Part shown: piece by piece, positions 19,771 to 29,007 of the stretch
Numbering within the stretch: the first letter of the stretch is position 1
How the letters are laid out: every line of letters begins with the position of its first letter
Source of the DNA: an uncultured virus (IMG/VR IMGVR_UViG_3300017785_009958)
Taxonomy: Duplodnaviria; Heunggongvirae; Uroviricota; Caudoviricetes
IMG/VR virus record: IMGVR_UViG_3300017785_009958
Direction: 5' to 3' (one strand)
DNA length: 64,000 nt
Program-made: the position numbers and the translations under genes
Notes under the pieces: model-generated
What the model was told of the DNA's origin: nothing
Seen by the model: only the letters and a program-made list of their open reading frames with translations
The model's database searches: none

Positions 19771-20412
19771 TTAATTCTGCGCAAACTCAACAAACTTGTA
19801 AAACTCAGCTCGCGAATTATCATTATTATCCAAGAACGCTCCAGACATTCTAGCTGTACGCATCGTTGAATCATGTCTAATACCACGATTAGAGCAACAA
19901 GTATGATTAGCTTCAATCATTACGGCTACCCCATTATTCTTTTCACATACTAGATCAATATGCGCATGAATTTGCATAGTAAGGTTTTCCTGTACCTGCG
20001 GACGGCGAGCAAACCAATCAACAATACGATTGAGCTTGCTTAGACCAATAACTTTACCTTCCTTCGAAGGAATATATGCAACATGAGCTACACCAGTAAA
20101 AGGTGCATGATGATGTGAACAAAGCGAAGTCAATTTAATATTATTTTGACAAACCATGCCATCATATTGATCAATATTATCAAAAGCTGTAATCTTCGGT
20201 GGCTTACTATAACAACCCCATGCGAAGTCTTCTACGAAGGCCTTAGCCACGCGATGTGGGGTATTATCGCTGTTAGGATCATTTCTCCAATCATAACCTA
20301 ATGCATCCATGTAAGCTTCATAAGCCTTAGATGCCCTTTCAATTATTTGTTCTCTTTCTTCTTGTGTATGAGGATGATTATGATTAGCGAAAGCGAGTTT
20401 TACTTTAGACAT
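19771..20412 (-). CDS. folE: GTP cyclohydrolase I FolE
   Basis: TPHRVAK, SLCSHH, GLSKLNR, RRPQVQE, H.C...RG. Confidence 0.95.
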   Translation of the reverse strand: MSKVKLAFANHNHPHTQEEREQIIERASKAYEAYMDALGYDWRNDPNSDNTPHRVAKAFVEDFAWGCYSKPPKITAFDNIDQYDGMVCQNNIKLTSLCSHHHAPFTGVAHVAYIPSKEGKVIGLSKLNRIVDWFARRPQVQENLTMQIHAHIDLVCEKNNGVAVMIEANHTCCSNRGIRHDSTMRTARMSGAFLDNNDNSRAEFYKFVEFAQN

Positions 20413-20460
20413 ATCTACGATTATATGATAAGATGTAACGAGATCAACATAAATAATTAT

Positions 20461-20898
20461 GTGAAGTATAATGACGTAATATTAGAAAGTCTGAAGAAGA
20501 CAGCTTTAAAACGTATTCGCATTAAAGTAGATCCCGCACAAGTAAGTGCTGAAGCTGACTTTTCTAAAGTAGATGGATATGAAGGTTATGTCTTAGAAGA
20601 AGGCAAAGGTCATTTAAAAATATTAGTACTTTCACCAGAAATGAGTATACATGATATACCGGAAGAGTTTATTGAAGCGCTAGCAGCAGAAGCAGACTAC
20701 GATTCATTTTGCTGTTTTAAAGAATATCTAATTAAGCATTTACTTAAAGATGGTAAAGTAATGAACGATCCGATAATTATACAAATTAATAATACAAACT
20801 GCTTAAGTGATATTGAAGTTATTATTCGTCAATGCGGGTATACTGGAGATAAACTAGCAGACTTATATAGAGGATTTTTAACAGATGAAGAAGCTTGA
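20461..20898 (+). CDS. Hypothetical late protein (GTG start re-called at 20461)
   Basis: TAAATA 20450-20455, 5 nt before in-frame GTG; leader MKYNDVILES; YEGYVLEE. Confidence 0.6.
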   Translation: MKYNDVILESLKKTALKRIRIKVDPAQVSAEADFSKVDGYEGYVLEEGKGHLKILVLSPEMSIHDIPEEFIEALAAEADYDSFCCFKEYLIKHLLKDGKVMNDPIIIQINNTNCLSDIEVIIRQCGYTGDKLADLYRGFLTDEEA

Positions 20899-21463
20899 AT
20901 TCAACGATCTTGTAAATGCTATTCTAAATGAAGAAAATTTTCTTCAGAAGTTAGGTGGCATGGCTAAAACTGCCATAAGCGGAACTGCAGGTTTAGCAGC
21001 TTCAACTCTTGAAGCACCAAAAAAAATACATACAGCTGTTACCGGTAAAGGTCAACTTGCAAAGGGGCTACGTGGCATACAACAAAAACTTGCATCTAAT
21101 AAGCCAGAAGATCTAAAAAGACAGAGACCAACAAAAACTACAACAGATACAAAGATAGAGGATTTTGATAAAGATATTATTAAAACTTTGCTTACAAAAG
21201 CTAAAACCCCAGCACAGCAAACAACCTCTGGAAGTACACAAGCTACCGGCGGAGTGACAGGTGGTACAGCAGCTGCAGGATCAACTGCAGGCACCGCTAC
21301 TAGTACTACAGCAGCTCCTGTCGCGCAAACAGCTATGACCGTTGGCCAACGTGAGCCTAAAGAAGGTGATGTATTTAACTTAGTCGGTAAATACGGTCGT
21401 ATTAAAAAATACCAAGTTAAAAAGGTAGATGGAAACGTTGTAAGTGCAGCACACATAATATAA
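20885..21463 (+). CDS. Hypothetical late protein with Thr/Ala/Gly-rich linker
   Basis: Leader MKKLEFNDLVNAILNEE; low-complexity TGG/TAA stretch. Confidence 0.6.
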   Translation: MKKLEFNDLVNAILNEENFLQKLGGMAKTAISGTAGLAASTLEAPKKIHTAVTGKGQLAKGLRGIQQKLASNKPEDLKRQRPTKTTTDTKIEDFDKDIIKTLLTKAKTPAQQTTSGSTQATGGVTGGTAAAGSTAGTATSTTAAPVAQTAMTVGQREPKEGDVFNLVGKYGRIKKYQVKKVDGNVVSAAHII

Positions 21464-21466
21464 ATA
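21459..21466 (+). promoter_or_regulatory. T4-type late promoter TATAAATA, representative of about 20 TAAATA sites
   Basis: Matches the gp55 consensus; TAAATA recurs 4-7 nt before starts of structural and late genes. Confidence 0.8.
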
Positions 21467-21471
21467 CGTGT

Positions 21472-21642
21472 ATGCCAGCAAAATCTGAAATACCAGTATA
21501 TCTCCGTAAAAGGGGGTTTTTAATAATTGACTCCAATAATAAAGTCGTACTTGATGAAAAGCTTTATCCTCTTATTTTTAATAGCAAAGAGGCGGCCGAA
21601 TCGTATATAAAAGAAAATAATATTATCGGAACTGTAAAATAA
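21472..21642 (+). CDS. Small late protein, 56 aa (absent from ORF track)
   Basis: Perfect T4 late promoter TATAAATA at 21459-21466, 5 nt before ATG; translates MPAKSEIPVYLRKRGFLII...IIGTVK. Confidence 0.6.
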   Translation: MPAKSEIPVYLRKRGFLIIDSNNKVVLDEKLYPLIFNSKEAAESYIKENNIIGTVK

Positions 21643-21720
21643 CAGTTGATTTTTAAAAAAATATCCTTATAATAATACAGGATATAGAAAAGACAGTTAC
21701 TACACATTTTTTGTTGTTAG

Positions 21721-21749
21721 TTGATATAGTAGTTAACAAGGTATATAAT
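21721..21749 (+). promoter_or_regulatory. Sigma70-type promoter of queD, representative of about 12 similar ones
   Basis: TTGATA-N17-TATAAT then 6 nt to ATG; similar layout before gp43, uvsX, folE, the DpdA-like gene, 13625, 60028 and the PRT gene. Confidence 0.75.
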
Positions 21750-21755
21750 AAAAAT

Positions 21756-22418
21756 ATGAAATACGAGAGTACAAAGATAATTGAATTAGGTAGCTGTGCA
21801 TTTAGACAATGGAAAGCTGATAGTCATTGCAAATTTATACATGGATATAGATTAGTAGCTAAATTTTGGTTTGCATGTAATTATTTAGATGAAAAAAATT
21901 GGGTAGTAGATTTTGGTGGGTTAAAGGGTCTTAAGCAAGTTCTAGAGAAACAATTTGATCATACATTATGTATTGCAGCAGATGATCCTTTGCTTGAAGT
22001 GTTTAAACAGCTACATACAACCGGTGGATGTGATTTGAGAGTTATGTCTAAAGGTGTCGGAATTGAAAGAACCGCAGAATGGTGTTTTGATGTAGCTGAT
22101 GGACATGTAAGAGGCATTACAAATAATAGATGCTGGGTCGAAAAGGTAGAAGTATGGGAACATGATAAAAATTCTGCTATTGTTTCTTATAGTACTACAG
22201 CTGAACCTCAACAATCTGGTGAGACGATTGCAACAACAATACAAGCACCAATAAATCAAGTTAGAGACTTTTTAGAGGATGTTGCAGAAGAGACGGGTGT
22301 GAATGTTTCAAATATTCTCAAAAATGTACCTCCAGCAGAGCCTCAGGCTGCACGTGTAGGTAATAAGATTACAACAGGTTATTCTAATTTATTTGGCGGT
22401 ACTAGCTGGGGTCAGTAA
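21756..22418 (+). CDS. queD: 6-carboxytetrahydropterin synthase QueD with C-terminal extension (start re-called at 21756)
   Basis: SHCKFIHGY, WVVDFG, FDHT, VEVWE; TTGATA-N17-TATAAT 6 nt before ATG. Confidence 0.88.
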   Translation: MKYESTKIIELGSCAFRQWKADSHCKFIHGYRLVAKFWFACNYLDEKNWVVDFGGLKGLKQVLEKQFDHTLCIAADDPLLEVFKQLHTTGGCDLRVMSKGVGIERTAEWCFDVADGHVRGITNNRCWVEKVEVWEHDKNSAIVSYSTTAEPQQSGETIATTIQAPINQVRDFLEDVAEETGVNVSNILKNVPPAEPQAARVGNKITTGYSNLFGGTSWGQ

Positions 22419-22594
22419 TGGATGCTGAAACAAGACAGCAACTCTATGGTGGCGAAATAACCGATTATTTACCCAAACCTCAAGAGAAGGAATTAAAAGA
22501 CGATTATAAAGCAATTGAGAACATATATCTTAATTTAAAGAAAAAATCATTTAGTCTTGATACTGGCGATAACTTTAACAATAAACTTAAGTAA
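22418..22594 (+). CDS. Small hypothetical protein, 58 aa (absent from ORF track)
   Basis: ATG overlaps queD stop (TAATG); MDAETRQQLYGGEITDYL...; 3' end overlaps phoH on the other strand. Confidence 0.4.
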   Translation: MDAETRQQLYGGEITDYLPKPQEKELKDDYKAIENIYLNLKKKSFSLDTGDNFNNKLK

Positions 22595-23287
22595 CTTACT
22601 TCTCGTTATATCTTCTTCTGTGAAGTGAAAAGTCTGAATACCATTTTCCCTACTTACATCTGTATCAAATGCTTTCATAATATTTGCAAAACCTGATTTT
22701 TGAATATCAGACTGCAAAGAATCGCCTATAACAAATAATTTACAATTTTTACCAAACCGCGTAAGAATAGTAACTAATTCGCTATGCTCGAGATTTTGAG
22801 CTTCATCAACTATTACTACATTATTCATAAACGTTGCACCGCGTAGAAAATTTACCGGTATGCTTTTTAAATAATCGCTTTGAAATAACATTTCTGTAAT
22901 TTGTTTCCCGACTAGCTCATCACATTTCTCGATTAACGGAATACTCCATGGTTTAAATTTTTCATCTACTTCTCCGGGTAGACTGCCTAGTTTACGCGTT
23001 GCAGATTCAACAATACTTCTAATATATACAATCTCGTCTATTTTTTTATCTCTAAGCATACTAAGAGCAACAAATACAGCCAGATAGGTTTTTGATGATC
23101 CTGCAGGTCCATCACAAAAGATAATTTGAGAAGCATCATCTATAGCTTTTTCAACAAAGGCTTTATGATGATCGTTTAAATGAAATTTCTGGTCAATTTT
23201 AAAGTTAAGAAAAATATCATTTCTAATAATACCGTTCTCATCTTTAGCTTTGGCAGCTTTTTTAAGCTGTCTGTCTTTTTTCGACAT
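22547..23287 (-). CDS. phoH: PhoH-family ATPase
   Basis: GPAGSSKT, LGSLPG, FLRGATF, DEAQN, TRFG, GD..QSD; late TAAATA upstream. Confidence 0.93.
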   Translation of the reverse strand: MSKKDRQLKKAAKAKDENGIIRNDIFLNFKIDQKFHLNDHHKAFVEKAIDDASQIIFCDGPAGSSKTYLAVFVALSMLRDKKIDEIVYIRSIVESATRKLGSLPGEVDEKFKPWSIPLIEKCDELVGKQITEMLFQSDYLKSIPVNFLRGATFMNNVVIVDEAQNLEHSELVTILTRFGKNCKLFVIGDSLQSDIQKSGFANIMKAFDTDVSRENGIQTFHFTEEDITRSKLLKFIVKVIASIKTK

Positions 23288-23339
23288 CTATATATATTTA
23301 TTCTGGATAATCTTCTTTTGTAACATATAATAATAAAAA

Positions 23340-24293
23340 ATGAACATTGTTGTTACTGGAGGTTTAGGGTTTATTGGCTCACATTTAATAGAAGTACTTT
23401 TAGAGAAAACAAACGCGAATATACATTGTATTGATAATGAAACATATGCAGCGGACCTTGTTTTTAAAGGTAAAATGAGCTCTAACAAACGCGTTTTTTT
23501 TCATAAAGTTGATATAACTAAGAGTGAGCAAATTAAGTTTGTTACACCGTATTTAAACGATATCGATTACGTAATACACTTAGCAGCTGAATCACATGTT
23601 GATAACAGTATATATGGACCTGAGATATTTGTTTTAACTAATGTTCTTGGTACGTTTAATATGCTTGAATTTGCAAAGCGACAAAATGTTAAGAGATTTG
23701 TCCATGTAAGTACTGATGAAGTCTATGGCTCTATTAATACACTAGAGCAGCATGCTTTTCAGGAAACAACAATACTTGATCCGAGTTCTGTATATTCCTC
23801 TACAAAAGCGTCTTCCGATCTTATTGTTAAAAGCTATAATAGGACATATAATCTAGATGTTTGTATTACAAGATGCTGTAACAATTATGGACCTAGACAG
23901 AACAAAGAAAAATTACTTCCAAAGTTAATTACTAATGCTTTAACTGATCAGCCAATACCTGTTTATGGTGATGGTAGAAATATAAGGGAATGGATTTATG
24001 TGGTAGATCACTGTAATGCTATTTTATCTGTTTTAAATAATGGTAAAGCGGGTGATATTTATAATATTGGATCAAACTGTACCGTTTCAAATATTGATCT
24101 CGTAAAGCGTGTTTTAAGCAAATTAGATAAGAAAGAAAGCCTCATAGAATTTGTTGAAGATAGAAAAGGCCATGATTTAAAATATGAGATTAACTCCAGC
24201 AAAATAAAAGCAGAGCTTAATTGGCAACCTGAGGTAAGCTTTTTTGACCAGGGCTTAGATTTAACTATTGATTATTATAAAAATACATTATAA
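23340..24293 (+). CDS. rmlB: dTDP-glucose 4,6-dehydratase
   Basis: TGGLGFIGS, HLAAESHVDNSI, STDEVYG, YSSTK, NNYGPRQ..EKL.P, DRKGHD. Confidence 0.92.
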   Translation: MNIVVTGGLGFIGSHLIEVLLEKTNANIHCIDNETYAADLVFKGKMSSNKRVFFHKVDITKSEQIKFVTPYLNDIDYVIHLAAESHVDNSIYGPEIFVLTNVLGTFNMLEFAKRQNVKRFVHVSTDEVYGSINTLEQHAFQETTILDPSSVYSSTKASSDLIVKSYNRTYNLDVCITRCCNNYGPRQNKEKLLPKLITNALTDQPIPVYGDGRNIREWIYVVDHCNAILSVLNNGKAGDIYNIGSNCTVSNIDLVKRVLSKLDKKESLIEFVEDRKGHDLKYEINSSKIKAELNWQPEVSFFDQGLDLTIDYYKNTL

Positions 24294-24302
24294 TATAGAC
24301 TA

Positions 24303-25043
24303 ATGAGCGACCAGACAATATTTCTAAGCGATGATAAACTCTTCTATACACTAGAGGGCGAAGGCGAATACGTAGGCCATCCTTCTGTGTTTATGCGCCT
24401 CTCAATGTGTAACTTAACATGCAAAGGCTTTGCATCTGCAGATTCACCTAACGGTTGTGATAGTTTTATTAGCTGGTCGGTAAAAAATAGAATGACGTTT
24501 GATGAGATCTTTGAGTATATGTCACAAAACAGGTATAACTGCTATCTAAAAGACGGCGCTATTTGGAAAATTACTGGCGGTGAACCGCTTATTCAACAAA
24601 ACAAGCTTCTAGAGTTAGTTAAAGCCTTTAAAGATCGATATGGATTTATTCCGAAAATTGATTTTGAAACAAACGCAACAATATTACCGGCAGCAGAATG
24701 GAGAGAGAAATATAACGCAACTTTTACTACATCACCCAAGCTGAGTAATAACGGTGATCCAGTTGAAAAAAGATATAAGCCTGAAGTATTAAAATGGCAT
24801 GCGCAAAACAAGTCAGGGTTTAAGTTTGTAGTTAATGGTGAGGATGAAGTTAGGGAAATATTGGAAAAATATGTATATGATTGTTTAATACCCATTGACC
24901 GTATTTGGCTTATGCCTTGTTGTGGCAGTAGGGATGAACATACCGAAAAATGCCCTATTGTTGCTGATTTATGCAAAAAATATAATTTTAAGTTTAGTCC
25001 GAGATTACAGCTTGTAATTTGGAACAAAGCTCTTAAAGTATAA
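24303..25043 (+). CDS. queE: 7-carboxy-7-deazaguanine synthase QueE (radical SAM)
   Basis: FYTLEGEG...F.R...CNLTC...CD, ITGGEP, ETN, SPKL, FKFVV, PRLQ. Confidence 0.92.
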   Translation: MSDQTIFLSDDKLFYTLEGEGEYVGHPSVFMRLSMCNLTCKGFASADSPNGCDSFISWSVKNRMTFDEIFEYMSQNRYNCYLKDGAIWKITGGEPLIQQNKLLELVKAFKDRYGFIPKIDFETNATILPAAEWREKYNATFTTSPKLSNNGDPVEKRYKPEVLKWHAQNKSGFKFVVNGEDEVREILEKYVYDCLIPIDRIWLMPCCGSRDEHTEKCPIVADLCKKYNFKFSPRLQLVIWNKALKV

Positions 25044-25044
25044 C

Positions 25045-25785
25045 ATGAGAATTGCAATATCGGGTACGGCATGTCAAGGTAAGTCGACTTTTATAAATGA
25101 TTTTATTAAATATTGGCCTGCATATAGTCGCTCGCAGGAATCATACAGGAAAGTTCTTAAAGACGAAAAACTTAATATTAATAAAAAAGTTGATAAAGAT
25201 GGTCAATGGAAGATTTTAAATTGTCTAATTGATGATATTCAAAAAACAGAAAAAGGAGATAAGATTATATTTGATAGATGTCCGCTAGATAACCTTGTAT
25301 ATTCATTATGGAGTGAAGAAAAGCAAACATCAGATATTGATAAAAAATTTATTGATAAATGTATACCGCTTGTACAAGAGAGTATGCGTGCAATTGATAT
25401 TATTCTCTTTATACCTATTACAAGGGCTGCACCGGTTAAGCTTGAAATAAAAGAGAATAGAGAGCTTGATAAGGAATTTATTGAAGAGATAGATAATATT
25501 TTTAAAGCTATAGCACGTAATTTAATGTCTAAAGGAGTCTGTCCATTTATGAAAGAAGATGATAGACCTCCTATGATAGAAGTCTTTGGTAATCCTGAAC
25601 AACGTATTGAGATGTGTAAGCTTTATATTGATAATCAAGGAGATCTTATAGATGAAGGAAAAAGTATTCTTGATGCAGATAACTTAAGCAAGATGGAACA
25701 ACTTTTAAATATGCAGAAAGGCATTTTAAAAGATGAAAAATTAGAAGCGGCTATTGCAAATAGAATCATTACTAGCCATAAATAA
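25045..25785 (+). CDS. P-loop nucleotide-kinase-like protein (AAA_28/dNMP kinase-like)
   Basis: ISGTACQGKST Walker A; FDRCPLD; immediately follows queE. Confidence 0.7.
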   Translation: MRIAISGTACQGKSTFINDFIKYWPAYSRSQESYRKVLKDEKLNINKKVDKDGQWKILNCLIDDIQKTEKGDKIIFDRCPLDNLVYSLWSEEKQTSDIDKKFIDKCIPLVQESMRAIDIILFIPITRAAPVKLEIKENRELDKEFIEEIDNIFKAIARNLMSKGVCPFMKEDDRPPMIEVFGNPEQRIEMCKLYIDNQGDLIDEGKSILDADNLSKMEQLLNMQKGILKDEKLEAAIANRIITSHK

Positions 25786-25789
25786 TAAC

Positions 25790-26002
25790 ATGGCACAGTT
25801 TAATGATAAGTATGAAGAGCTATTAGAAAGCTTTAAATATATTAAGACAGTTAAGAGAGAGTTTTATCCTAAAAACTTTAGGCTATCAGAAACGTTCGTT
25901 AAAGCTTTTAGAGCAGAATATAAGCGTTTACTTGATGAAGGTATTCATCCTCGTAAAGCTTTAATTAAGCTTAATAAAGCACTCTTGTTTCACTCAAATT
26001 GA
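25790..26002 (+). CDS. Small basic late protein (start re-called at 25790)
   Basis: TAAATA 25779-25784, 5 nt before ATG; leader MAQFNDKYEELLES. Confidence 0.6.
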   Translation: MAQFNDKYEELLESFKYIKTVKREFYPKNFRLSETFVKAFRAEYKRLLDEGIHPRKALIKLNKALLFHSN

Positions 26003-26704
26003 TTCTGAGTAAAAGATACGCCAGAGTAGCGGAGTATCATAACGCACTCTATAGCCAGCATTAACAGTAAAAACTAAATTATCAAAATTAGGCCCTCTAA
26101 CATCGCGACTAATATCAAAAGCGTATGGGGCGCCAGAAAGAGCATTTTGTGGCATAAAAAAGAAATGGTATGATTTTAAATCTGCAACATTAACTCGAGG
26201 ATATTTGATAAAAAAGCCTGATACAATACATTTTCTTGAATCTGTGTTTTGTAAGATAGTAAAAGGATCTGGATTACTAATAAGACCACCCGAAGCTATT
26301 GGTGTGTTAATTGATACATCAACAATATATTTGTATAAGCTATTTTGATATGCCGTAAGCGCAGGTAAAATTGTGCCTGTTAACGTTTTAAACTCTAACG
26401 ACCCTATAACATTAAATGCACTTGTAATTAACCCGCCGTTAACGGTAAGCTTATTATATGATCCAGGTCCAGTCCAGACGCCTGAAAGGCCATTGAGACT
26501 ATAATTTTTACTCGATATAAGCGTTGTGGCAGAAACTTTAGTAAAAAAACTATCACTACCTGTTAAATCACCAAACACTGTAGCGTTTTTATTTATATCT
26601 GTCTTTACAACGTTAAAATTTTCGAAATCTATTGTTCTTGTATAATCACTTGATTGAATGACAAGTAAATCGCCATTATTCACAATCGGAATTTGCGTAC
26701 GCAT
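25994..26704 (-). CDS. Putative virion fibre/baseplate-associated protein, paralogue B
   Basis: Similar along its length to 26709-27428 (NGDLL.IQ...TIDF.NFNVVKTD...NAT; NAGYRV...PL.WR). Confidence 0.55.
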   Translation of the reverse strand: MRTQIPIVNNGDLLVIQSSDYTRTIDFENFNVVKTDINKNATVFGDLTGSDSFFTKVSATTLISSKNYSLNGLSGVWTGPGSYNKLTVNGGLITSAFNVIGSLEFKTLTGTILPALTAYQNSLYKYIVDVSINTPIASGGLISNPDPFTILQNTDSRKCIVSGFFIKYPRVNVADLKSYHFFFMPQNALSGAPYAFDISRDVRGPNFDNLVFTVNAGYRVRYDTPLLWRIFYSESI

Positions 26705-26708
26705 TTAA

Positions 26709-27428
26709 TTATGTTGTTGTATACGTATACAACAATCTCCAATACAGAGGTGATTCTTCTTTCACTCGGTAGCCCGCATTTGCAGTAAATGTTAAACCGT
26801 TTAACCCGTCGTTAAGAACATTTGTTACATATGGGCAAGTTGAAAGCGGTACTGTAGATGTGAGTAGAATATGTTGAGGTTGTATCGAGCCTGGCGATAT
26901 GTCAGGGTGACGATTAAAAAACCCTGCAATATTATATGCTTGTGAGACATTATTTGCATTAATCGTTACATAGCTTTGACCTGGATCATTGCTTGATTCA
27001 TCAACAACAATTCTATAGATAGTATTTTGAAAGGTAGTTAATGTTGGTAGAACGGTATTATTTATATATTGATATTCTGGAGACCCAAGCACATAAGATG
27101 CACTAGTAACTAGACCGCCGGTAATTGTAAAGACATTATAATAGCCTGCAGGCGCAAAAACACCTGCTTGGTCATTAGCGGTAAAATTTAAGCTCGATAC
27201 TGTTTCACTGCTCTTAATATTAGTGAAGCTACAACTACCACCAGAAAGACCACCTTCAACAGTAGCATTACCAGCAGCATCTGTCTTTACAACATTAAAA
27301 TTTTGAAAATCTATTGTTTGAATACCGCTATCTGTTTGTATAAGCAACAGATCACCATTAACTGCTTCTTGTGTTTGCGGTAAATCAGCTATATTAATAC
27401 TATTGCTATTTGAAGAGGTAATTGCCAT
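26709..27428 (-). CDS. Putative virion fibre/baseplate-associated protein, paralogue A
   Basis: Perfect TATAAATA 6 nt upstream; INIADLP..Q....GDLLL N-terminus typical of fibre-like proteins. Confidence 0.55.
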   Translation of the reverse strand: MAITSSNSNSINIADLPQTQEAVNGDLLLIQTDSGIQTIDFQNFNVVKTDAAGNATVEGGLSGGSCSFTNIKSSETVSSLNFTANDQAGVFAPAGYYNVFTITGGLVTSASYVLGSPEYQYINNTVLPTLTTFQNTIYRIVVDESSNDPGQSYVTINANNVSQAYNIAGFFNRHPDISPGSIQPQHILLTSTVPLSTCPYVTNVLNDGLNGLTFTANAGYRVKEESPLYWRLLYTYTTT

Positions 27429-27457
27429 TTCTTTTATTTATACTAATATATCTGAAT

Positions 27458-28258
27458 ATGCAAAAGATTGGAGTAGGTATAGTTACTTGTAATCGACCCA
27501 AATTCTTTTTAAAATGTTTTAAATCTATACCACAAAACGTTGAACTTGTAGTTGTTAACGATGGCGCTGATTTTGAAGACGTTATAAAACTGCATAACAT
27601 ACGTAAATTTGAATACATACATAATAAGGAAAACCTTGGTGTAGGTAAAACGAAAAATAAAGCTTTAAAATATCTTCTTGAGCAGAATTGTGATCATATT
27701 TTCCTTATTGAAGATGATATTGTTATTAAAGACCCTACTGTTTTTGACAAATATATAGAAGCACGAAATATAACAGGAATACAGCATTTTAATTTTGGTT
27801 ATCACGGACCGGCAAATAAAAATAACATATCCGGTGGTAAGCCATGTCCGCGGTTTGTTGTTGACTATGGTAGTGTAAAGATAGCTATTAACTCTGCCAG
27901 TGTTGGTGCTTTTTGCTATTACACACGCGAGGTACTTGAAGAGGTTGGCCTAATTGATGATGATTTTCTTAACGCGTTTGATCATGTAGATCATGATTAT
28001 AGAATATACAAAGCCGGCTATACAACACCTTACTGGAATTGGCCAGATCTTGCTAACAGTATGGACTATCTAGATGAAATTGAATGTTCAGAAAAAAGTA
28101 GCGCAATAAGACCAAGAAAAGATTGGCAGGAAAATTTTACAAAAGGAGCTGAATGTTTTAGGAAAAAGCACGGGTATATGCCTGCATGGCAAGGTTGTGT
28201 ACCAGATACATCAAAGGAAAACGTTATTAAGTTTCTTAAATCAATAAAACCAAAATGA
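27458..28258 (+). CDS. Glycosyltransferase family 2 (start re-called at 27458)
   Basis: GIVTCNRP, VVNDG, NLGVG..KN, FLIEDD, VGLID..F...DHVD. Confidence 0.85.
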   Translation: MQKIGVGIVTCNRPKFFLKCFKSIPQNVELVVVNDGADFEDVIKLHNIRKFEYIHNKENLGVGKTKNKALKYLLEQNCDHIFLIEDDIVIKDPTVFDKYIEARNITGIQHFNFGYHGPANKNNISGGKPCPRFVVDYGSVKIAINSASVGAFCYYTREVLEEVGLIDDDFLNAFDHVDHDYRIYKAGYTTPYWNWPDLANSMDYLDEIECSEKSSAIRPRKDWQENFTKGAECFRKKHGYMPAWQGCVPDTSKENVIKFLKSIKPK

Positions 28259-29004
28259 AAATAAGTTTATTAGTACCGAGTAGAGAGAGGTTAAATCTCA
28301 AGCTTACACTTATAAGTTCAATCATTACTACGGTAAGCGATATTAATAATGTTGAGTTAGTTTTTGGTGTTGATGAAGATGACCCCAAAAGAGACATTGT
28401 TTATAAAATAGCTCAAGCAATACCGTTCGTACGTATTGTTGATATTAAAAATAATGGAAAATTTATAGGTATAAATCGTATTTGGAATATTTTAGCTGCT
28501 AATACTAATAGTGAGCTTTTTGGCTACGTAGGTGATGATATGATTTTTATGACGCCTGATTGGGATAAAAAAATTCTTCAAGAATTTAACAAAACGTTTT
28601 GCCCTGCAGATAACATAAAACTTTTACATTGTTATGATGGGCATCGTAATTTTGATGAAATTTGTGTTAACGCTTTTGTACATAGAAAATATTATGAAGT
28701 GCTTGGTTATTTTTGTAAAGAGGACTTCTTAATTAATTGGTCTGATCAATGGATGTACCAAACATTTAATGCATTTGGCAGGGTAACTTACCGGCGTGAT
28801 ATACATATACAGCATAATCATTGGATTTACGGAGGAAGAAAAAAAGATAATACGGCAGACAGAATGCTTTCAGATAACCACGATATAATAAGTGATCAAC
28901 TTTGGCATGACTTAGCACCGGAGCGAGTTGAAGCAGTAAAAACTCTTAGTAAGTATCTTAATATAACTCCCGATTGGTCAAAAGTCGATTGCGGAAAAAA
29001 ATAA
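28255..29004 (+). CDS. GT-A fold glycosyltransferase
   Basis: SLLVPSRER, GVDEDD, GDDM.F.T..WD, WSDQW. Confidence 0.7.
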   Translation: MKISLLVPSRERLNLKLTLISSIITTVSDINNVELVFGVDEDDPKRDIVYKIAQAIPFVRIVDIKNNGKFIGINRIWNILAANTNSELFGYVGDDMIFMTPDWDKKILQEFNKTFCPADNIKLLHCYDGHRNFDEICVNAFVHRKYYEVLGYFCKEDFLINWSDQWMYQTFNAFGRVTYRRDIHIQHNHWIYGGRKKDNTADRMLSDNHDIISDQLWHDLAPERVEAVKTLSKYLNITPDWSKVDCGKK

Positions 29005-29007
29005 TTT

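Noticed and set aside
21680..21755. preQ1 riboswitch upstream of queD or other que genes
   Set aside because: No match by eye to the preQ1-I pattern (stem, GUUC-type loop, A-rich 3' tail); the other que genes have almost no leader
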